A stretch of DNA of 64,000 nt from a virus, in the IMG/VR virus record IMGVR_UViG_3300042007_000202, positions 1-64,000 of that record, one strand, 5' to 3'. This document shows, piece by piece, positions 19,515 through 29,872 of the stretch; the stretch's first letter is position 1, and the number at the start of each line of letters is the position of its first letter. Position numbers and translations under genes: made by a program. The notes under the pieces are model-generated. The model was not told where the DNA came from. It saw nothing but the letters and a program-made list of their open reading frames with translations, and searched no databases.

Positions 19515-20798
19515 TCACCCCACATCCGCGCGGGGCACCAGCAGCACCCGCGCTGTGGCGTCGGCCGCCGTGGTGTCGGAACGGGACCACACCTCGATGC
19601 ACAGTCCGCTGGGGCAGGGGAAGGTGGGCCACGAGAAGTTCGCTCCTTCGGCGCCGTAGATGGTCGGGGTGCTGGTGGCGGTGCCGATCGGGAACTGCGG
19701 GCATTCCACCACCGACCGCTGCACGCGGCCATCCACGCGCAGCGTGGAGCCGGGCGGGACATAGCCGACGTTGATGTCCGCGCACGCGTTGCACGGGTCC
19801 AGGAAGCTCCCGCAGGGGTTGTTCTGAGGGTTGGCCCAGAACCGCACCAGCAGGCGGCGCATGGCCGTGGAGCCGGTGCGCACCTCCAGCACCGGCACCG
19901 TCTCCAGCCACGCGGACTCGTCCAGGGGGGAGACCTGGATGCGGGAGCGGCGGAAGGTGCCCAGGCCTGTCGGATAGCAGGGGCTGACGGGCTGGGGCGG
20001 CTTGGGCGGCATGGCCGGGGGCGGGCAGAGCGGATCCGTGGCGCACGGCTGAGGCGTCAGGCACTCCTGGTACACCTGGTCCGGGTCCACGTTGCTGACC
20101 AGCTCACCCGTCCCCAGCGCGACCCAGTCCACGTTCGTGCTCAGCGGGTCGTGGTAGATCCACGGCTTGGCCGCCGCCAGGGTGAAGGTGACGGTGGTCC
20201 ACAGGAACTGGCCGCCGCCCACCCACTGGCGCTCCGTGACGGCCGGGCCCGACAGGATTCCCACGTCGTACAGGTGGCGGATCTCCTGGTCTCCCAGGAC
20301 GCGGCTGTCCCCGGCCGCGATGGGGGTGGAGCCGGGGCAGGCGGAGAACGTGCAGATCTCGTCTCCGTCGCAGGTGCGCCCCTCGCACTGCGACCCGAGC
20401 AGCGCCGTGGCCAGCCACTCCAGCGCGTAGCTCTCCTCCGCCTCCCCGGCGGTGATCAGCGCGGCCGTCCAGGCGATCTCGCGGTGGTTGCGGCGGGCCG
20501 GGCCCAGCGCGCTGCCGTCACCGATCAGCGCGGTTGGGGAGCGGGTGATGGGCGAGGAGTTGAAGCCGGAGACGTCCATCCCGTACACCCCGTAGAAGCC
20601 CTTGGACGCGGGGACGGCGTTGTCGTACCAGGGGGCGGTGCCGTCTTCCAGGGACAGGTACGGGTCATCACCCATGGCCTCCGCCACGGCGTCACACGGG
20701 TCGCACTCCAGGTTCAGCCCGGCCGCCCTCGCGTAGGCGGTGGCGCGGGCGGTGTTGACGATCTCGTTCCCCGCCAGTTGGAGGTATCCGTCCCACAT
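19515..20798 (-). CDS. Minor tail protein (distal-tail position)
   Basis: Directly follows the tape measure; GYLQLAGNEIVN.AR...Y. Confidence 0.75.
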   Translation of the reverse strand: MWDGYLQLAGNEIVNTARATAYARAAGLNLECDPCDAVAEAMGDDPYLSLEDGTAPWYDNAVPASKGFYGVYGMDVSGFNSSPITRSPTALIGDGSALGPARRNHREIAWTAALITAGEAEESYALEWLATALLGSQCEGRTCDGDEICTFSACPGSTPIAAGDSRVLGDQEIRHLYDVGILSGPAVTERQWVGGGQFLWTTVTFTLAAAKPWIYHDPLSTNVDWVALGTGELVSNVDPDQVYQECLTPQPCATDPLCPPPAMPPKPPQPVSPCYPTGLGTFRRSRIQVSPLDESAWLETVPVLEVRTGSTAMRRLLVRFWANPQNNPCGSFLDPCNACADINVGYVPPGSTLRVDGRVQRSVVECPQFPIGTATSTPTIYGAEGANFSWPTFPCPSGLCIEVWSRSDTTAADATARVLLVPRADVG

Positions 20799-20809
20799 GG
20801 CTGCCTCCC

Positions 20810-23800
20810 TCAGATCCCCGACGCGCGGGCGACATGGCCGTACAGGTGCTGCGCGAGGACCATGGCATCCGTCGCGGGGGTGGTGATGTTCCAGGTGTGG
20901 CTGGGCGCGGGGGCGGGCGGCTGCTTGAGGGCGCCGGAACGCTTGAGCAGGTCGACCAGGCCGGACTGGTGGGCGAGTTGCACGGCGCGCGCCGGGCGCG
21001 TCAGCGGCACGACGACTTCCTTACCGGCCTCACCGATCAGCGCGCGGGTGGGCATCGTGACGATGCCGCCGTCGGCGAAGGGGAGGAGCTTGCGGACCGA
21101 GCTGGGGATCCCGGACTTGATCTTGCTCATGATCTGCGAGCCGATGTCCCCGATGGCTCCGACGATGCGGGAACCGAGGCCGGAGAAGAGGCCGACGATG
21201 CCGGAGATGAGATCGGACACCGCTGAGCGCGCGGAGCTGGCTGCCGACTGGAACACCCCTGCGATGCGGGAGCCGAGGCCGGAGAGGGTCGAGACGATGC
21301 GGCCGGGCAGCGCGGAGAAGAACGAGGTCACCGAGCTGAAGCCGGAACGGACCGCGCCGGAAGAGGACGACGCCGCCGACCGGAACACCGACGACACGCG
21401 GCCGGGGATGGAGCTGATGAAGCCGATGATCCGGCCGGGCAGCGCGGAGAAGAACGAGGTCACCGCCGCGAAGCCCGAGCGGACGGCCCGGGTCGCGGCG
21501 TCGGCCGCCGAGGTGAACAGGGCCACGAGCCGCACGCCCAGCGACTGGAGGGCGCTCAGGATGCGGCCGGGCAGCTCGGTGAAGATGAAGATGATGGCGG
21601 CGATGCCCGTCAGGATGGCGATGGCCACCCCGGCGACCGCGCTGGTGAAGAGGTCGATCAGGCGGCCGGGCAGCGACTGGAGGAAAGCCAAAATCCGGCC
21701 GGGCAGCGCGGCGAAGAAGCCGACCACGCCGTCGATCCCCGTGGATACGGCGGAGGTGACGGTGGCCCAGGCCGAGGTGAAGAAGCTGACCAGCATGGAG
21801 CCGAACGCCGACAGTGCCCCGACCACGGTGTCGGGCAGGCGGGTGATGAACTGGATGACCGAGGTGACGCCCCGGACCAGGCCCACCAGCGCCGACACGA
21901 CGCCTCTGATGATCGGGACGACGATCTTGATGATCGCCCATGAGGCGAAGGCGGTGGCGACCTGGAGGACGGGGCCGAGGACCTGGATGAGGCCGGAGAC
22001 CAGCGGGGCCAGCGAGACGACCAGTTCCCCGAGCGGGGGCACCAGGGGCACCAGCGCCTGAACCAGGGCGGAGAAGGCGTCGACCAGGCTGGGAAGCACC
22101 GGCAGCAGCGCGCCGATGAGCTGCCCGACAAGCGGAACCACGGCATCCGCCACCTGGACCAGGGCATCCGCCACCTCATTCAGCAGCGGCACGAGCGCCA
22201 CAGCGGCATCCCCCAGGGCAGAGCCCAGCGCCTCACCGACCTGCGTGACGACCCCGATCAGAGGAACGAAGATCGGCAGGAGGCGGCCGATGAGGTCCAC
22301 GATCGGCCCGAGCAGCGGCAGCACAACCTTGAGCGCAGCGCCCAGAACCGCGCTGAACGCCTGCCCCAACTGGGCGACGATCGGGGCGAGTTGAGCGAAG
22401 ACGGGGGCGAGCCCCGTGATCACCGAAGCCAGGCCCTGGCCGAGCTCCGCCGCCACCGGCCCCAGCGCCGCGCCGAACTGCTGCACCGCCCCCGTCAGCA
22501 CCGGCATGATCGGCGTCAGCGTCGTGGCGATGGCATTGACCACCGGCCCCAGCGCCGCCCCCAGCGTGGACAGCGCCGTACCGAGCACAGTGGAGAAGAG
22601 CTGGCTGAGCTGAGTGATAAGCGGCAGTACCGGCTGGATGGCCTGCCGCATAGCCACGAAGACCTGCGTCAGTGCCCCGATGGACCCGCCGCCCCCGGCC
22701 GCCAGCGCCGCGAACAGGTCACCGAACAGCCCGACCAGGCTTGAGATGAACGCGCCGAGCTGCCGGAAAGTGACCAGAGCATTGGACACCCACGCGACGG
22801 CGGAGCCGGACTCGGCCGCCCGGGTGAGGAACTGCCCGAAGCGGGCGCCCAGGTTGGCCAGCGCGCCGCCGAGCCGACCGGCGAACCGCTCGCTGATGAC
22901 CCCGGCCATCTTGGTGAAACCGGCCACCACCGGGCCGATGGCCGCCGCCAGGCCCTTGGTGACCTTCCCCGTCCCCTGGAGGATCGAGGTCACGTTGCGC
23001 ACTCCCGTGGACGTGCGCAGGAAGTTGGCGATGCGCTGGCCCGCCAGCCCGAAGTTCCCCGCGACTTCGGCCAGCCCCTTCTTCAGCGGCCCGCCGAGCG
23101 CCTTGGCGACGCCGGTGATCTGCCCTTCCAGCGGCGCGAAGAACGCGTCCTGGACGGTGGTCTTCAGCTTGTCGAACGCAGGCTTGAGGGCCCGCAGCTC
23201 CCGCGCGGCGGCCTGCGCCTGGGGGCTGAGCTTCTCCAGCGCCTCGTTGAACTTCTCGGCGTCATCGCCCAGGGCCGCGCCGAACGCCTCACCGACCCCG
23301 CTGAGGGCGATCTTGAGCGCCGAGACGGCGACGATCATTCCGGCGATGGTCGCTGGACCGGCCGCGATGATGCCGACGGCCGGAGCCACCGACGCCGCGA
23401 ACGACGCGAGCGCGGCAGCCGCCACCAGCAGCGCCGGGCTCAGCGCGACAGCCAGCCGCAGCATCGAGGCGAGGCGCGTACCGAACGTAGAAGCCATCCC
23501 GGCCGCGTTGCCCAGCGAACGGGAAAGCTGGTTGGTGTCAGCGCCCACGTTCAGGTTCAGGTCAGGCAGGTTGTGCGCCCGGATCGCCTCATCGAGCCGC
23601 GTCAGGTCCGGATCCACGCGGATACGGATCGGATCCAGCCCGCGCATCGCGCGTTCCAGGTCGCGGCGGAAGCGGGCAGCGTCCGCCTGCACCCGGACCG
23701 TGATACCGCCCAGGCCGCGCAGGTCGCGCTGGAGCTGAGTACGGAACCGGCTGGTGTCGCCCTGCACGCGGACGCTGACCGCCATGGCGCGGACGTCGCG

Positions 23801-24493
23801 CTGAAGCCGGGCCAGGAACCGGGCCGTGTTCGGCTCCACATCCACCGAAACCCGCAAGGCACGCAGCCCCCGCTGGAGCAGCCGGTCGAACCGGCTCATC
23901 TCCGGCTCCACGCGGACCTGCCCGGTGATGCCACGCAGCGCGGTCTCCACATCCGCCCGGAACCGGACCACGTCCGGGCGGACACGGACGTCGGCGCTGA
24001 TGGCGCGGGCCGCCGCCTGGATGGCCGCCTGGAAGCGGGCCGCGTCCGGGCTGACCTGAACGTCCACGCTGGTACCCCGGAGCTGGCGGCGCAGCATGTC
24101 AGCGAACCGGCTGGTGTCCGGCTGGACGGGGACGGTGACGCCGCCCAGGCCGGAGAGCTGGGCAGACAGCTCGGCGCGGAAGGCGTCAGAGTCGGGCGCC
24201 ACACGGACGCTGGCGGTCAGGCCGCGCAGGTCGCGCTGGAGCTGGGCACGGAACCGGCTGGTGTCCGGCCCGACCTCGACACTCGCCCTCAGGTCACGCA
24301 GATTACGGCGCAGGTCGCGGCTGACCGTGCGGGCCGCGTCGCGGCCGGAGTTACGGATCGCCCGCTGGAGAGCCCGGTCCAGGGCCTCACCGGCGTCGCT
24401 GCCGGAGTCGCGGAACTCACGGCGCAGCTCCGCATTGAAGGTGTTGCTGTCGGCGGTGATGACGACCGACGCGCGCCCGACCTCACCCGCCAC
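20810..24493 (-). CDS. Tape measure protein
   Basis: About 1227 aa Ala/Gly/Leu-rich amphipathic repeats; EVGRASVVI start; FADGGIV..PT..LIGEAG.E.VVPL. Confidence 0.92.
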   Translation of the reverse strand: MAGEVGRASVVITADSNTFNAELRREFRDSGSDAGEALDRALQRAIRNSGRDAARTVSRDLRRNLRDLRASVEVGPDTSRFRAQLQRDLRGLTASVRVAPDSDAFRAELSAQLSGLGGVTVPVQPDTSRFADMLRRQLRGTSVDVQVSPDAARFQAAIQAAARAISADVRVRPDVVRFRADVETALRGITGQVRVEPEMSRFDRLLQRGLRALRVSVDVEPNTARFLARLQRDVRAMAVSVRVQGDTSRFRTQLQRDLRGLGGITVRVQADAARFRRDLERAMRGLDPIRIRVDPDLTRLDEAIRAHNLPDLNLNVGADTNQLSRSLGNAAGMASTFGTRLASMLRLAVALSPALLVAAAALASFAASVAPAVGIIAAGPATIAGMIVAVSALKIALSGVGEAFGAALGDDAEKFNEALEKLSPQAQAAARELRALKPAFDKLKTTVQDAFFAPLEGQITGVAKALGGPLKKGLAEVAGNFGLAGQRIANFLRTSTGVRNVTSILQGTGKVTKGLAAAIGPVVAGFTKMAGVISERFAGRLGGALANLGARFGQFLTRAAESGSAVAWVSNALVTFRQLGAFISSLVGLFGDLFAALAAGGGGSIGALTQVFVAMRQAIQPVLPLITQLSQLFSTVLGTALSTLGAALGPVVNAIATTLTPIMPVLTGAVQQFGAALGPVAAELGQGLASVITGLAPVFAQLAPIVAQLGQAFSAVLGAALKVVLPLLGPIVDLIGRLLPIFVPLIGVVTQVGEALGSALGDAAVALVPLLNEVADALVQVADAVVPLVGQLIGALLPVLPSLVDAFSALVQALVPLVPPLGELVVSLAPLVSGLIQVLGPVLQVATAFASWAIIKIVVPIIRGVVSALVGLVRGVTSVIQFITRLPDTVVGALSAFGSMLVSFFTSAWATVTSAVSTGIDGVVGFFAALPGRILAFLQSLPGRLIDLFTSAVAGVAIAILTGIAAIIFIFTELPGRILSALQSLGVRLVALFTSAADAATRAVRSGFAAVTSFFSALPGRIIGFISSIPGRVSSVFRSAASSSSGAVRSGFSSVTSFFSALPGRIVSTLSGLGSRIAGVFQSAASSARSAVSDLISGIVGLFSGLGSRIVGAIGDIGSQIMSKIKSGIPSSVRKLLPFADGGIVTMPTRALIGEAGKEVVVPLTRPARAVQLAHQSGLVDLLKRSGALKQPPAPAPSHTWNITTPATDAMVLAQHLYGHVARASGI

Positions 24494-24659
24494 TGCTGCC
24501 TCCGGACATGACGAACCACTCAGGTTCGCCCGGCCCATCAACCAGCAGCGATCACGTAACGCGACACCAGGCTACCGTCCGTGCCCGCGTCCGGGCGGGC
24601 GGCCGGGCGGACAGCCTCATCCGACGGCTTGTCAGTGCCCGTCAGTACACTGCGCCCCC

Positions 24660-25412
24660 ATGGACCAAGCCGACGCCCTGACCCCCTGGCAGTTGGAGAC
24701 GGCGATCAAGATGCTCCGCGTGGGCAGCACCGCCACCGAAGCCGCCGAACTCATCGACGCCAAGCCCGCCACCCTGTACGCCACCGCCCGCACCAGCACA
24801 GACCTGCTCCTGGCCCTCGCCGGACACGACCCCTACGCCTACGACGCCGACCAGATCCTCCAACAGGCCGACTACATCCGGCTCATGGCCATGGGCTTCA
24901 CCCCCACCCAGGCCGCCCGCGTCCTGTTCCACGGGGATGAACGCATCAAGGGCTGGCGCCAGAAGAACGAGACCTTCGCCAGAGTCGCCGACTACGCCCG
25001 CCGCCTGCACCCGCCCCGACTCGTCCAGCGCCGCGAACGCCGCTTCACCCCGCACCGGGTCAGGGTGTTCCTGGAAGCCCTGCGCGACGGCATGACCACC
25101 GTCATGGCCGCCGAGGACGCCGGAATCACCCACGCGGTCATCTACCAGCGCCGCCGCCGCGACGCCTCCTTCCGCCAGGCCATGGACGCCGCCCGCGCCG
25201 AGGGCCTGGCGCACCGCGAACCGAAGGGGCCGGTCATCACCGAAGCCCAGTGGGAGAAGTTCTGGCGCGGCCTGGAAGCCGGGATGACGCTGCGCCGAGC
25301 CGCCTGGGGCGCGGACATCAACCCGCAGATGATCTACGACCGCCGCCGCGCCGACGAGCAGTTCCGGCAGGCGACCAACCGCTGGCGCGGGAAGCCCGGC
25401 GCGGTAGCGTGA
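24660..25412 (+). CDS. Tandem helix-turn-helix repeat protein
   Basis: About four repeats of the type L..G.T...AA...GI....IY.RRR.D..F. Confidence 0.75.
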   Translation: MDQADALTPWQLETAIKMLRVGSTATEAAELIDAKPATLYATARTSTDLLLALAGHDPYAYDADQILQQADYIRLMAMGFTPTQAARVLFHGDERIKGWRQKNETFARVADYARRLHPPRLVQRRERRFTPHRVRVFLEALRDGMTTVMAAEDAGITHAVIYQRRRRDASFRQAMDAARAEGLAHREPKGPVITEAQWEKFWRGLEAGMTLRRAAWGADINPQMIYDRRRADEQFRQATNRWRGKPGAVA

Positions 25413-25416
25413 CGGC

Positions 25417-25659
25417 ATGGCCCGCCAGCGGACAGTCCCGGAGTTGTTCGTGCACGAGTGGGAGGCATGGATCGCTGACCCGCTCGCACGCCTGACCTGC
25501 CCCGTGAAGGGGTGCGGGCAGACGGCGCAGGCGTACTGGAACGGCGTAGACGAGACGCTGACCGTCACCGGCTGCGGGCACAACGTCTTCGTCCCCGAGG
25601 ACGCCATCACGTGGCCGCCGCCCGAGGGCACCCACGTACGTCGCCGGAACAGAGGCTGA
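25417..25659 (+). CDS. Small Zn-ribbon-like protein
   Basis: CPVKGC...CGH. Confidence 0.55.
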   Translation: MARQRTVPELFVHEWEAWIADPLARLTCPVKGCGQTAQAYWNGVDETLTVTGCGHNVFVPEDAITWPPPEGTHVRRRNRG

Positions 25660-26226
25660 TCAGCCGCCGCCCAGCTCCGCGAACGCCTTCTTCCAGTCGG
25701 CGGCCTGCGCCTGCCGGTCGAACCCCGGCATGATCGCCCGGCGGCCCCGTCCCAGGGTCTGGCGCGGCGGCGCGTTGAGCTGGGTCTCCAGCTTCCGTAG
25801 GTCCTTCTCTTCCTGGCACCCGGCCCGCAGCCACGAGTAGACCGCCGAGCACACCCGGTGTGCTGGGGCTTCTTCGGGGTCGAACCCGACGCTGACGGCC
25901 CACGCGGAGAACAGGCCCCAGTGCTCGCGGGCGGTCACGGCCAGCCGGGCGGCCACATGCCACTCGAAGCCGTACACGGGCTTCGCCAGGCCGTATGCCA
26001 GGCGGGCGCAGGTTCGCAGGCCCACCGGCCCGTACGGGTCGCCCAGGAGGGCGTAGAAGCGGTCCGCGGAGTCCTCCGCGAGGCAGCCGGGCACCAGGGC
26101 GTACCAGTTGCCGACGGCCGCCCACCCGCACACCTCCAGTCCATCCACGGGGATGGACAGGGTGTAGGGCTCGCCGTCCAGGGTGAAGGTCAGGGGCCCC
26201 GGCCGGGCCGGGCCCAGGCGGGTCAT
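25660..26226 (-). CDS. Tail assembly chaperone-region protein 2
   Basis: Upstream of the tape measure; TGATG coupling. Confidence 0.65.
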   Translation of the reverse strand: MTRLGPARPGPLTFTLDGEPYTLSIPVDGLEVCGWAAVGNWYALVPGCLAEDSADRFYALLGDPYGPVGLRTCARLAYGLAKPVYGFEWHVAARLAVTAREHWGLFSAWAVSVGFDPEEAPAHRVCSAVYSWLRAGCQEEKDLRKLETQLNAPPRQTLGRGRRAIMPGFDRQAQAADWKKAFAELGGG

Positions 26227-26720
26227 CAGGCGCGGGCGGCCGTGCGCTTGGCCGTGGTCTTCTTGGCTGCGGCCTTCTTCGCGCCCGGCTTCCGGCTGGT
26301 CTTGCGGTCGGTCGGCTGCTTGGGGCCGGTCTTCTTCACCGGGTTCTCCAGCCCCAGCTCCTCGTAGGCCTTGTCCAGGTGCGGGCCGTAGGCCTCGTAC
26401 ACCCGGCGCACGGTGTCGATGAGGAAGGCGACGGAGAGCTGGCGTTCGGCCGGGTCGACCACCCGCTCCAGGATGGCGTCCACGTCCTCCGGCTCGAACA
26501 CGGCCGCCGCGAGCTGGCGCACGACGTCCTCGTACGCGGCGGCCGTCTTCAACTCTTCCGCCCGCGCCTCGATCCGCCCCAGCAGCATGGGGAGGGAGTC
26601 CTTGGGGCAGCGGACGGAGTACTCCACACCGCCCATCTTCACCACGCCCTGGGGCATCTCGGCCGGGGTGTAGGCGTCGTCTGCGTCGATGTAGAAGTCA
26701 AGGGCGGCGGGCTGGGCCAC
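26226..26720 (-). CDS. Tail assembly chaperone with Lys/Ala-rich tail
   Basis: GVEYSVRCPK; gene position; RBS GGGAG. Confidence 0.65.
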   Translation of the reverse strand: MAQPAALDFYIDADDAYTPAEMPQGVVKMGGVEYSVRCPKDSLPMLLGRIEARAEELKTAAAYEDVVRQLAAAVFEPEDVDAILERVVDPAERQLSVAFLIDTVRRVYEAYGPHLDKAYEELGLENPVKKTGPKQPTDRKTSRKPGAKKAAAKKTTAKRTAARA

Positions 26721-26829
26721 GGTACATCTCCCACGGTGAGTAACGGCGTATGCGCACAGAGTAGCCACGCCCGGTTGGGCCTGCGTTCCGAAACCGCCCT
26801 CCCGGGCTGGCGTCTTCGGATCGAAGGCG

Positions 26830-27291
26830 TTACGTGTAGATCACCGTGGAGTCCACGGGCCACGGGCTGGCCTGCTGGAGCGCGCGGAGCAGGAACCGGT
26901 TGGGGCGCGCACCGCGCACCTGCCGGGCGAACACCAGGTTGCCCCGGCCGGGCGCGGTGGTGCGGGCGTTGCGGGCCTCGAACACCAGGTACCGCCCGCG
27001 CTTGGGGCGGATGGGCGTGCCCTTGGGGCCGTAGATGCCGGTCCCCTCATGCACATACAGGGCGTACTCCAGGTTGCTGTAGACCCACGCCTTCACCTGG
27101 CTGCCCGTGTACTCCATGCGCACGCGCAGAGAAGCCCGGAGGGGACCGTTGTCCACGGGCGCCATGCCCACGGCCAGCGAGCGCGTAGCCTCCGCCACGC
27201 GCCGGACGTACGTAGCCACTTCGCCGTCCGGGGACCGCAGCATCCGCTCGATCTCCGGCTCATTCCACATGAACTCGACCCGTACGCCCAT
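26830..27291 (-). CDS. HK97 gp10-like tail completion/neck protein
   Basis: APVDNGPLRAS...YALYVHEGT...V.G..PN.FL.RAL. Confidence 0.85.
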   Translation of the reverse strand: MGVRVEFMWNEPEIERMLRSPDGEVATYVRRVAEATRSLAVGMAPVDNGPLRASLRVRMEYTGSQVKAWVYSNLEYALYVHEGTGIYGPKGTPIRPKRGRYLVFEARNARTTAPGRGNLVFARQVRGARPNRFLLRALQQASPWPVDSTVIYT

Positions 27292-27312
27292 GCCTTCACC
27301 TATCCCCGTGGA

Positions 27313-27591
27313 TCAGGCCTGGCTCTCCTGCCAGGCGTAGATCCGCTGCGCCCGCACCGCCCCGATCCCGGTCACTTCCTCCGGCGCGGCCAGCGCGCGC
27401 AGACGTTCCAGCGTGGTGACCTGGCCGCCGGTACGGCGGTTGTGGCGGGCCAGGAACCCGGCGATCACATACGCCTCGTCGTCGCCCCCCAACGCCTCCG
27501 CCACCTCCCGCAGCGCCGCCTTGTGCGCCTCCCGCCGGGCGCGCCGCCACTCGTTCGCCATGCCGCGCAGGGTACGCGCCAGGTACGACAA
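27313..27591 (-). CDS. Small helix-hairpin-helix protein
   Basis: EVTGIGAVRAQRI. Confidence 0.65.
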   Translation of the reverse strand: MSYLARTLRGMANEWRRARREAHKAALREVAEALGGDDEAYVIAGFLARHNRRTGGQVTTLERLRALAAPEEVTGIGAVRAQRIYAWQESQA

Positions 27592-27670
27592 CGCCCCCCG
27601 CGAGGAGCTGCGGGGGGCGAGGCCGGATCACCGGTTCGAACGATGGCAACGCTTCGTCGGCGCCGCCAGT

Positions 27671-28630
27671 CTACTGCTGCATCAGCCCGCCGACCTTCGC
27701 GATGAACTCCGCCACCTGTTCGGGTGAAGGCTCGCTGTAGTGCCGCAGCATCTCCTCCGTCAGGTGGCCGCTGATCGCATGCAGCATCGGGGAAGGCGTG
27801 CCGTCACGCGAGCCCAGCGCCTTGAGCCGGGTGTGGCGGATGCGGTGCGGCTTACGCAGGCCCGTCAGCTCGTTGTAGAGGACGCGGGCGCGGTGGGCGG
27901 TGAGCCGGTACAGGTGGCCGTAGCCGGGCTCTTCCGGCCCGGCGCCCGGGTCGTGCTTGGGCGGGCCCTTGTCGATGGCTGGCTTGTCGCGCCAGTTCCA
28001 CGGCGTGATGTCCCCCAGCCACACCGGCCCCCACCGCCGGGGGCCGATCAGCTCCCGGAGCAGCTCGCCCGTGTACGGCGTCCAGGCGATGTAGCGGGTG
28101 TCGCCGCCCTTGATGCGCACCGTCCCGAAGTTCGCGTCAAGGTGCACGTTCGGGATGTCCAGGCTCAGCACCGCCGACAGGCGCTCCGAGCTGTCGTACA
28201 GCGTGGACCACAGCGCCCGCTCCCGCAGCGGGTACCGCGTCGGGTCGATCAGCGTAGCCACGGTGGCCTGCGGCAGCGCCTTGTCGCGGGTCTTGGTCAC
28301 GGGCCGGGGGGTCCACAGCTTGGGCGGCTCCGCCTTGGTCAGGGGCGGCTCGCTGTCGCGGCAGAACTTCAGGAAGGACACGGCGGCCCGGCGGCCCGAG
28401 TTGTACGTCTCCGGGGAGGCGTTCGCCCAGTACATGCCGCAGGTCTTCATCCATTCCTGCCCGGTGATCTCGCGGACGGGCCGGGTGTGCCCGAAGTGCT
28501 TGGCGTACATGTTGAGCTTGATCCGGTAGGTGCGCGGCGAACCGGACCCCGGCTTGAAAGCATGAACGACGGCCCAGTTGAGATAGTCGTCAATCGCGTC
28601 GGCCAGTGGTTGTGCCACGACGTTGGGCAC
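27671..28630 (-). CDS. Tyrosine recombinase (XerC/integrase family)
   Basis: R (ERLSAV), K (RIKGG), HxxR (PHRIRH), H (SGH), Y (RHYS); GTG start after a purine-rich RBS. Confidence 0.9.
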   Translation of the reverse strand: MPNVVAQPLADAIDDYLNWAVVHAFKPGSGSPRTYRIKLNMYAKHFGHTRPVREITGQEWMKTCGMYWANASPETYNSGRRAAVSFLKFCRDSEPPLTKAEPPKLWTPRPVTKTRDKALPQATVATLIDPTRYPLRERALWSTLYDSSERLSAVLSLDIPNVHLDANFGTVRIKGGDTRYIAWTPYTGELLRELIGPRRWGPVWLGDITPWNWRDKPAIDKGPPKHDPGAGPEEPGYGHLYRLTAHRARVLYNELTGLRKPHRIRHTRLKALGSRDGTPSPMLHAISGHLTEEMLRHYSEPSPEQVAEFIAKVGGLMQQ

Positions 28631-28947
28631 TTCCCGCTCCCCCCTTTTCCTTATCCCCGTGGATCGGCACAGGCGTTCCCGTTTCTTCGCTCCGCTTAGC
28701 GGACGGTGGTGGTCGGCCACCACCGTAGAGGGAAATGCTGGCAGGCCCGCCGTTGCCGAGCCCGGCGATTGCATAAGGATTCACACTCCCCCATACGTCC
28801 CCGAATTCCCCGGCGCTCATCCGCCAGCCGAATCCGCCGGAGCGGACGGGCCCGGAGGGCGCGGACCCCGCAGCGCGCTCACGATCGCTCTGGGAGAAGT
28901 CGGAGGAAACCTGCCGTTCGCCCTGCCCCCGGGCCGCCCGTCCACGG

Positions 28948-29349
28948 CTACACGCTCTCCCGGTCGGGGCAGTACGGGTCGGCCGTGCACCCGTCGCCCA
29001 CGTATCCGCCGTGGCGGCAGCGCGGCCGGTTGTAACCGGGCTCCAGGTGGCGCTGTGGCGCCTGCCGCGCCGGGCCGGGCCGCTTGTGCCAGCCCATCGG
29101 CTCGTCCTGCGTGTCCGGGTCGTAGCCCTCCAGCGCCTTCCGCACGGCCGCAGCGTCGCGCGGGTAGCACCAGCCGTAGTCCCAGCCGGTGGTGTCGCCG
29201 TGCGGCACGGTCACGAGCCGCACGTTGTAGCCGAGTTCGAGCAGGATCCACCGGTGAGTGGCGTCTTGCGCGAGCACCAGGCCAGCCCAGTGCTCATCCC
29301 ACAACGCCACTGGCAGTAGGAACGAGGTGTCCTGCCCGCTGGCCATCAC
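28948..29349 (-). CDS. Hypothetical protein
   Basis: GWCY...EP.GWHKR motif; coupled. Confidence 0.7.
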   Translation of the reverse strand: MMASGQDTSFLLPVALWDEHWAGLVLAQDATHRWILLELGYNVRLVTVPHGDTTGWDYGWCYPRDAAAVRKALEGYDPDTQDEPMGWHKRPGPARQAPQRHLEPGYNRPRCRHGGYVGDGCTADPYCPDRESV

Positions 29350-29864
29350 TCACCCTCCTTGGGGGCCGGGGAGACGAGCAGGCGCGGCGACCGGCCCTCC
29401 GTGCGGACCACCCCGTACCCGGCTGCCCGCAGCAGCCCTTCCGCCTGAGTCAACCCGTCTTCGTTCACTGTGCCGTTGAGCTGCCGGACGTCCACGTAGG
29501 CGTTGGCCGCGCCCTCGAACGCCTCGACCTCGAACCTGGGGCGCAGGGTGAAGCTGGGCAGCTCCTTCCAGTGCATTCCACCGCTCAGGAGCTTCTGGGC
29601 CACGAAGGAGCCGAAGGTGCCAGGCGGGACCAGCAGCGCGGCGCGCAGCCGCCAGCCCAGCGCCGTCAGGCTCTGCCACGTCTTGGGGGTCGCGCCCACC
29701 AGCCCCTTCCGGCGAAGCGCTGCCAGCACGTTCTCCCGGCCGTCCACCATCCCGCCGACCGCTCCCAGCAGTGCGGTGCGCTGCGGCGCCGACAGGCCAG
29801 CGGCCAGTGTCCCGAACGCCTCAGGCGTCAGCTGCTCCAGCGGCGATGCGTTATCGGTGCTCAC
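29346..29864 (-). CDS. Hypothetical protein
   Basis: Coupled operon ORF. Confidence 0.6.
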   Translation of the reverse strand: MSTDNASPLEQLTPEAFGTLAAGLSAPQRTALLGAVGGMVDGRENVLAALRRKGLVGATPKTWQSLTALGWRLRAALLVPPGTFGSFVAQKLLSGGMHWKELPSFTLRPRFEVEAFEGAANAYVDVRQLNGTVNEDGLTQAEGLLRAAGYGVVRTEGRSPRLLVSPAPKEGE

Positions 29865-29872
29865 GCCCCGGC

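Noticed and set aside
17517-22061. 1514-aa plus-strand ORF and other long antisense ORFs (14861..16894, 53351..56224, 47827..49896, 57108..59150, 44390..46852)
   Set aside because: Shadow frames of real minus-strand genes in high-GC DNA; no motifs or RBS
25660-26720. Programmed frameshift between the tail chaperones
   Set aside because: No clear slippery heptamer seen; the genes are joined by a TGATG stop/start overlap
27671-28950. attP site next to the recombinase
   Set aside because: No tRNA-like core or arm-type repeats recognisable by eye
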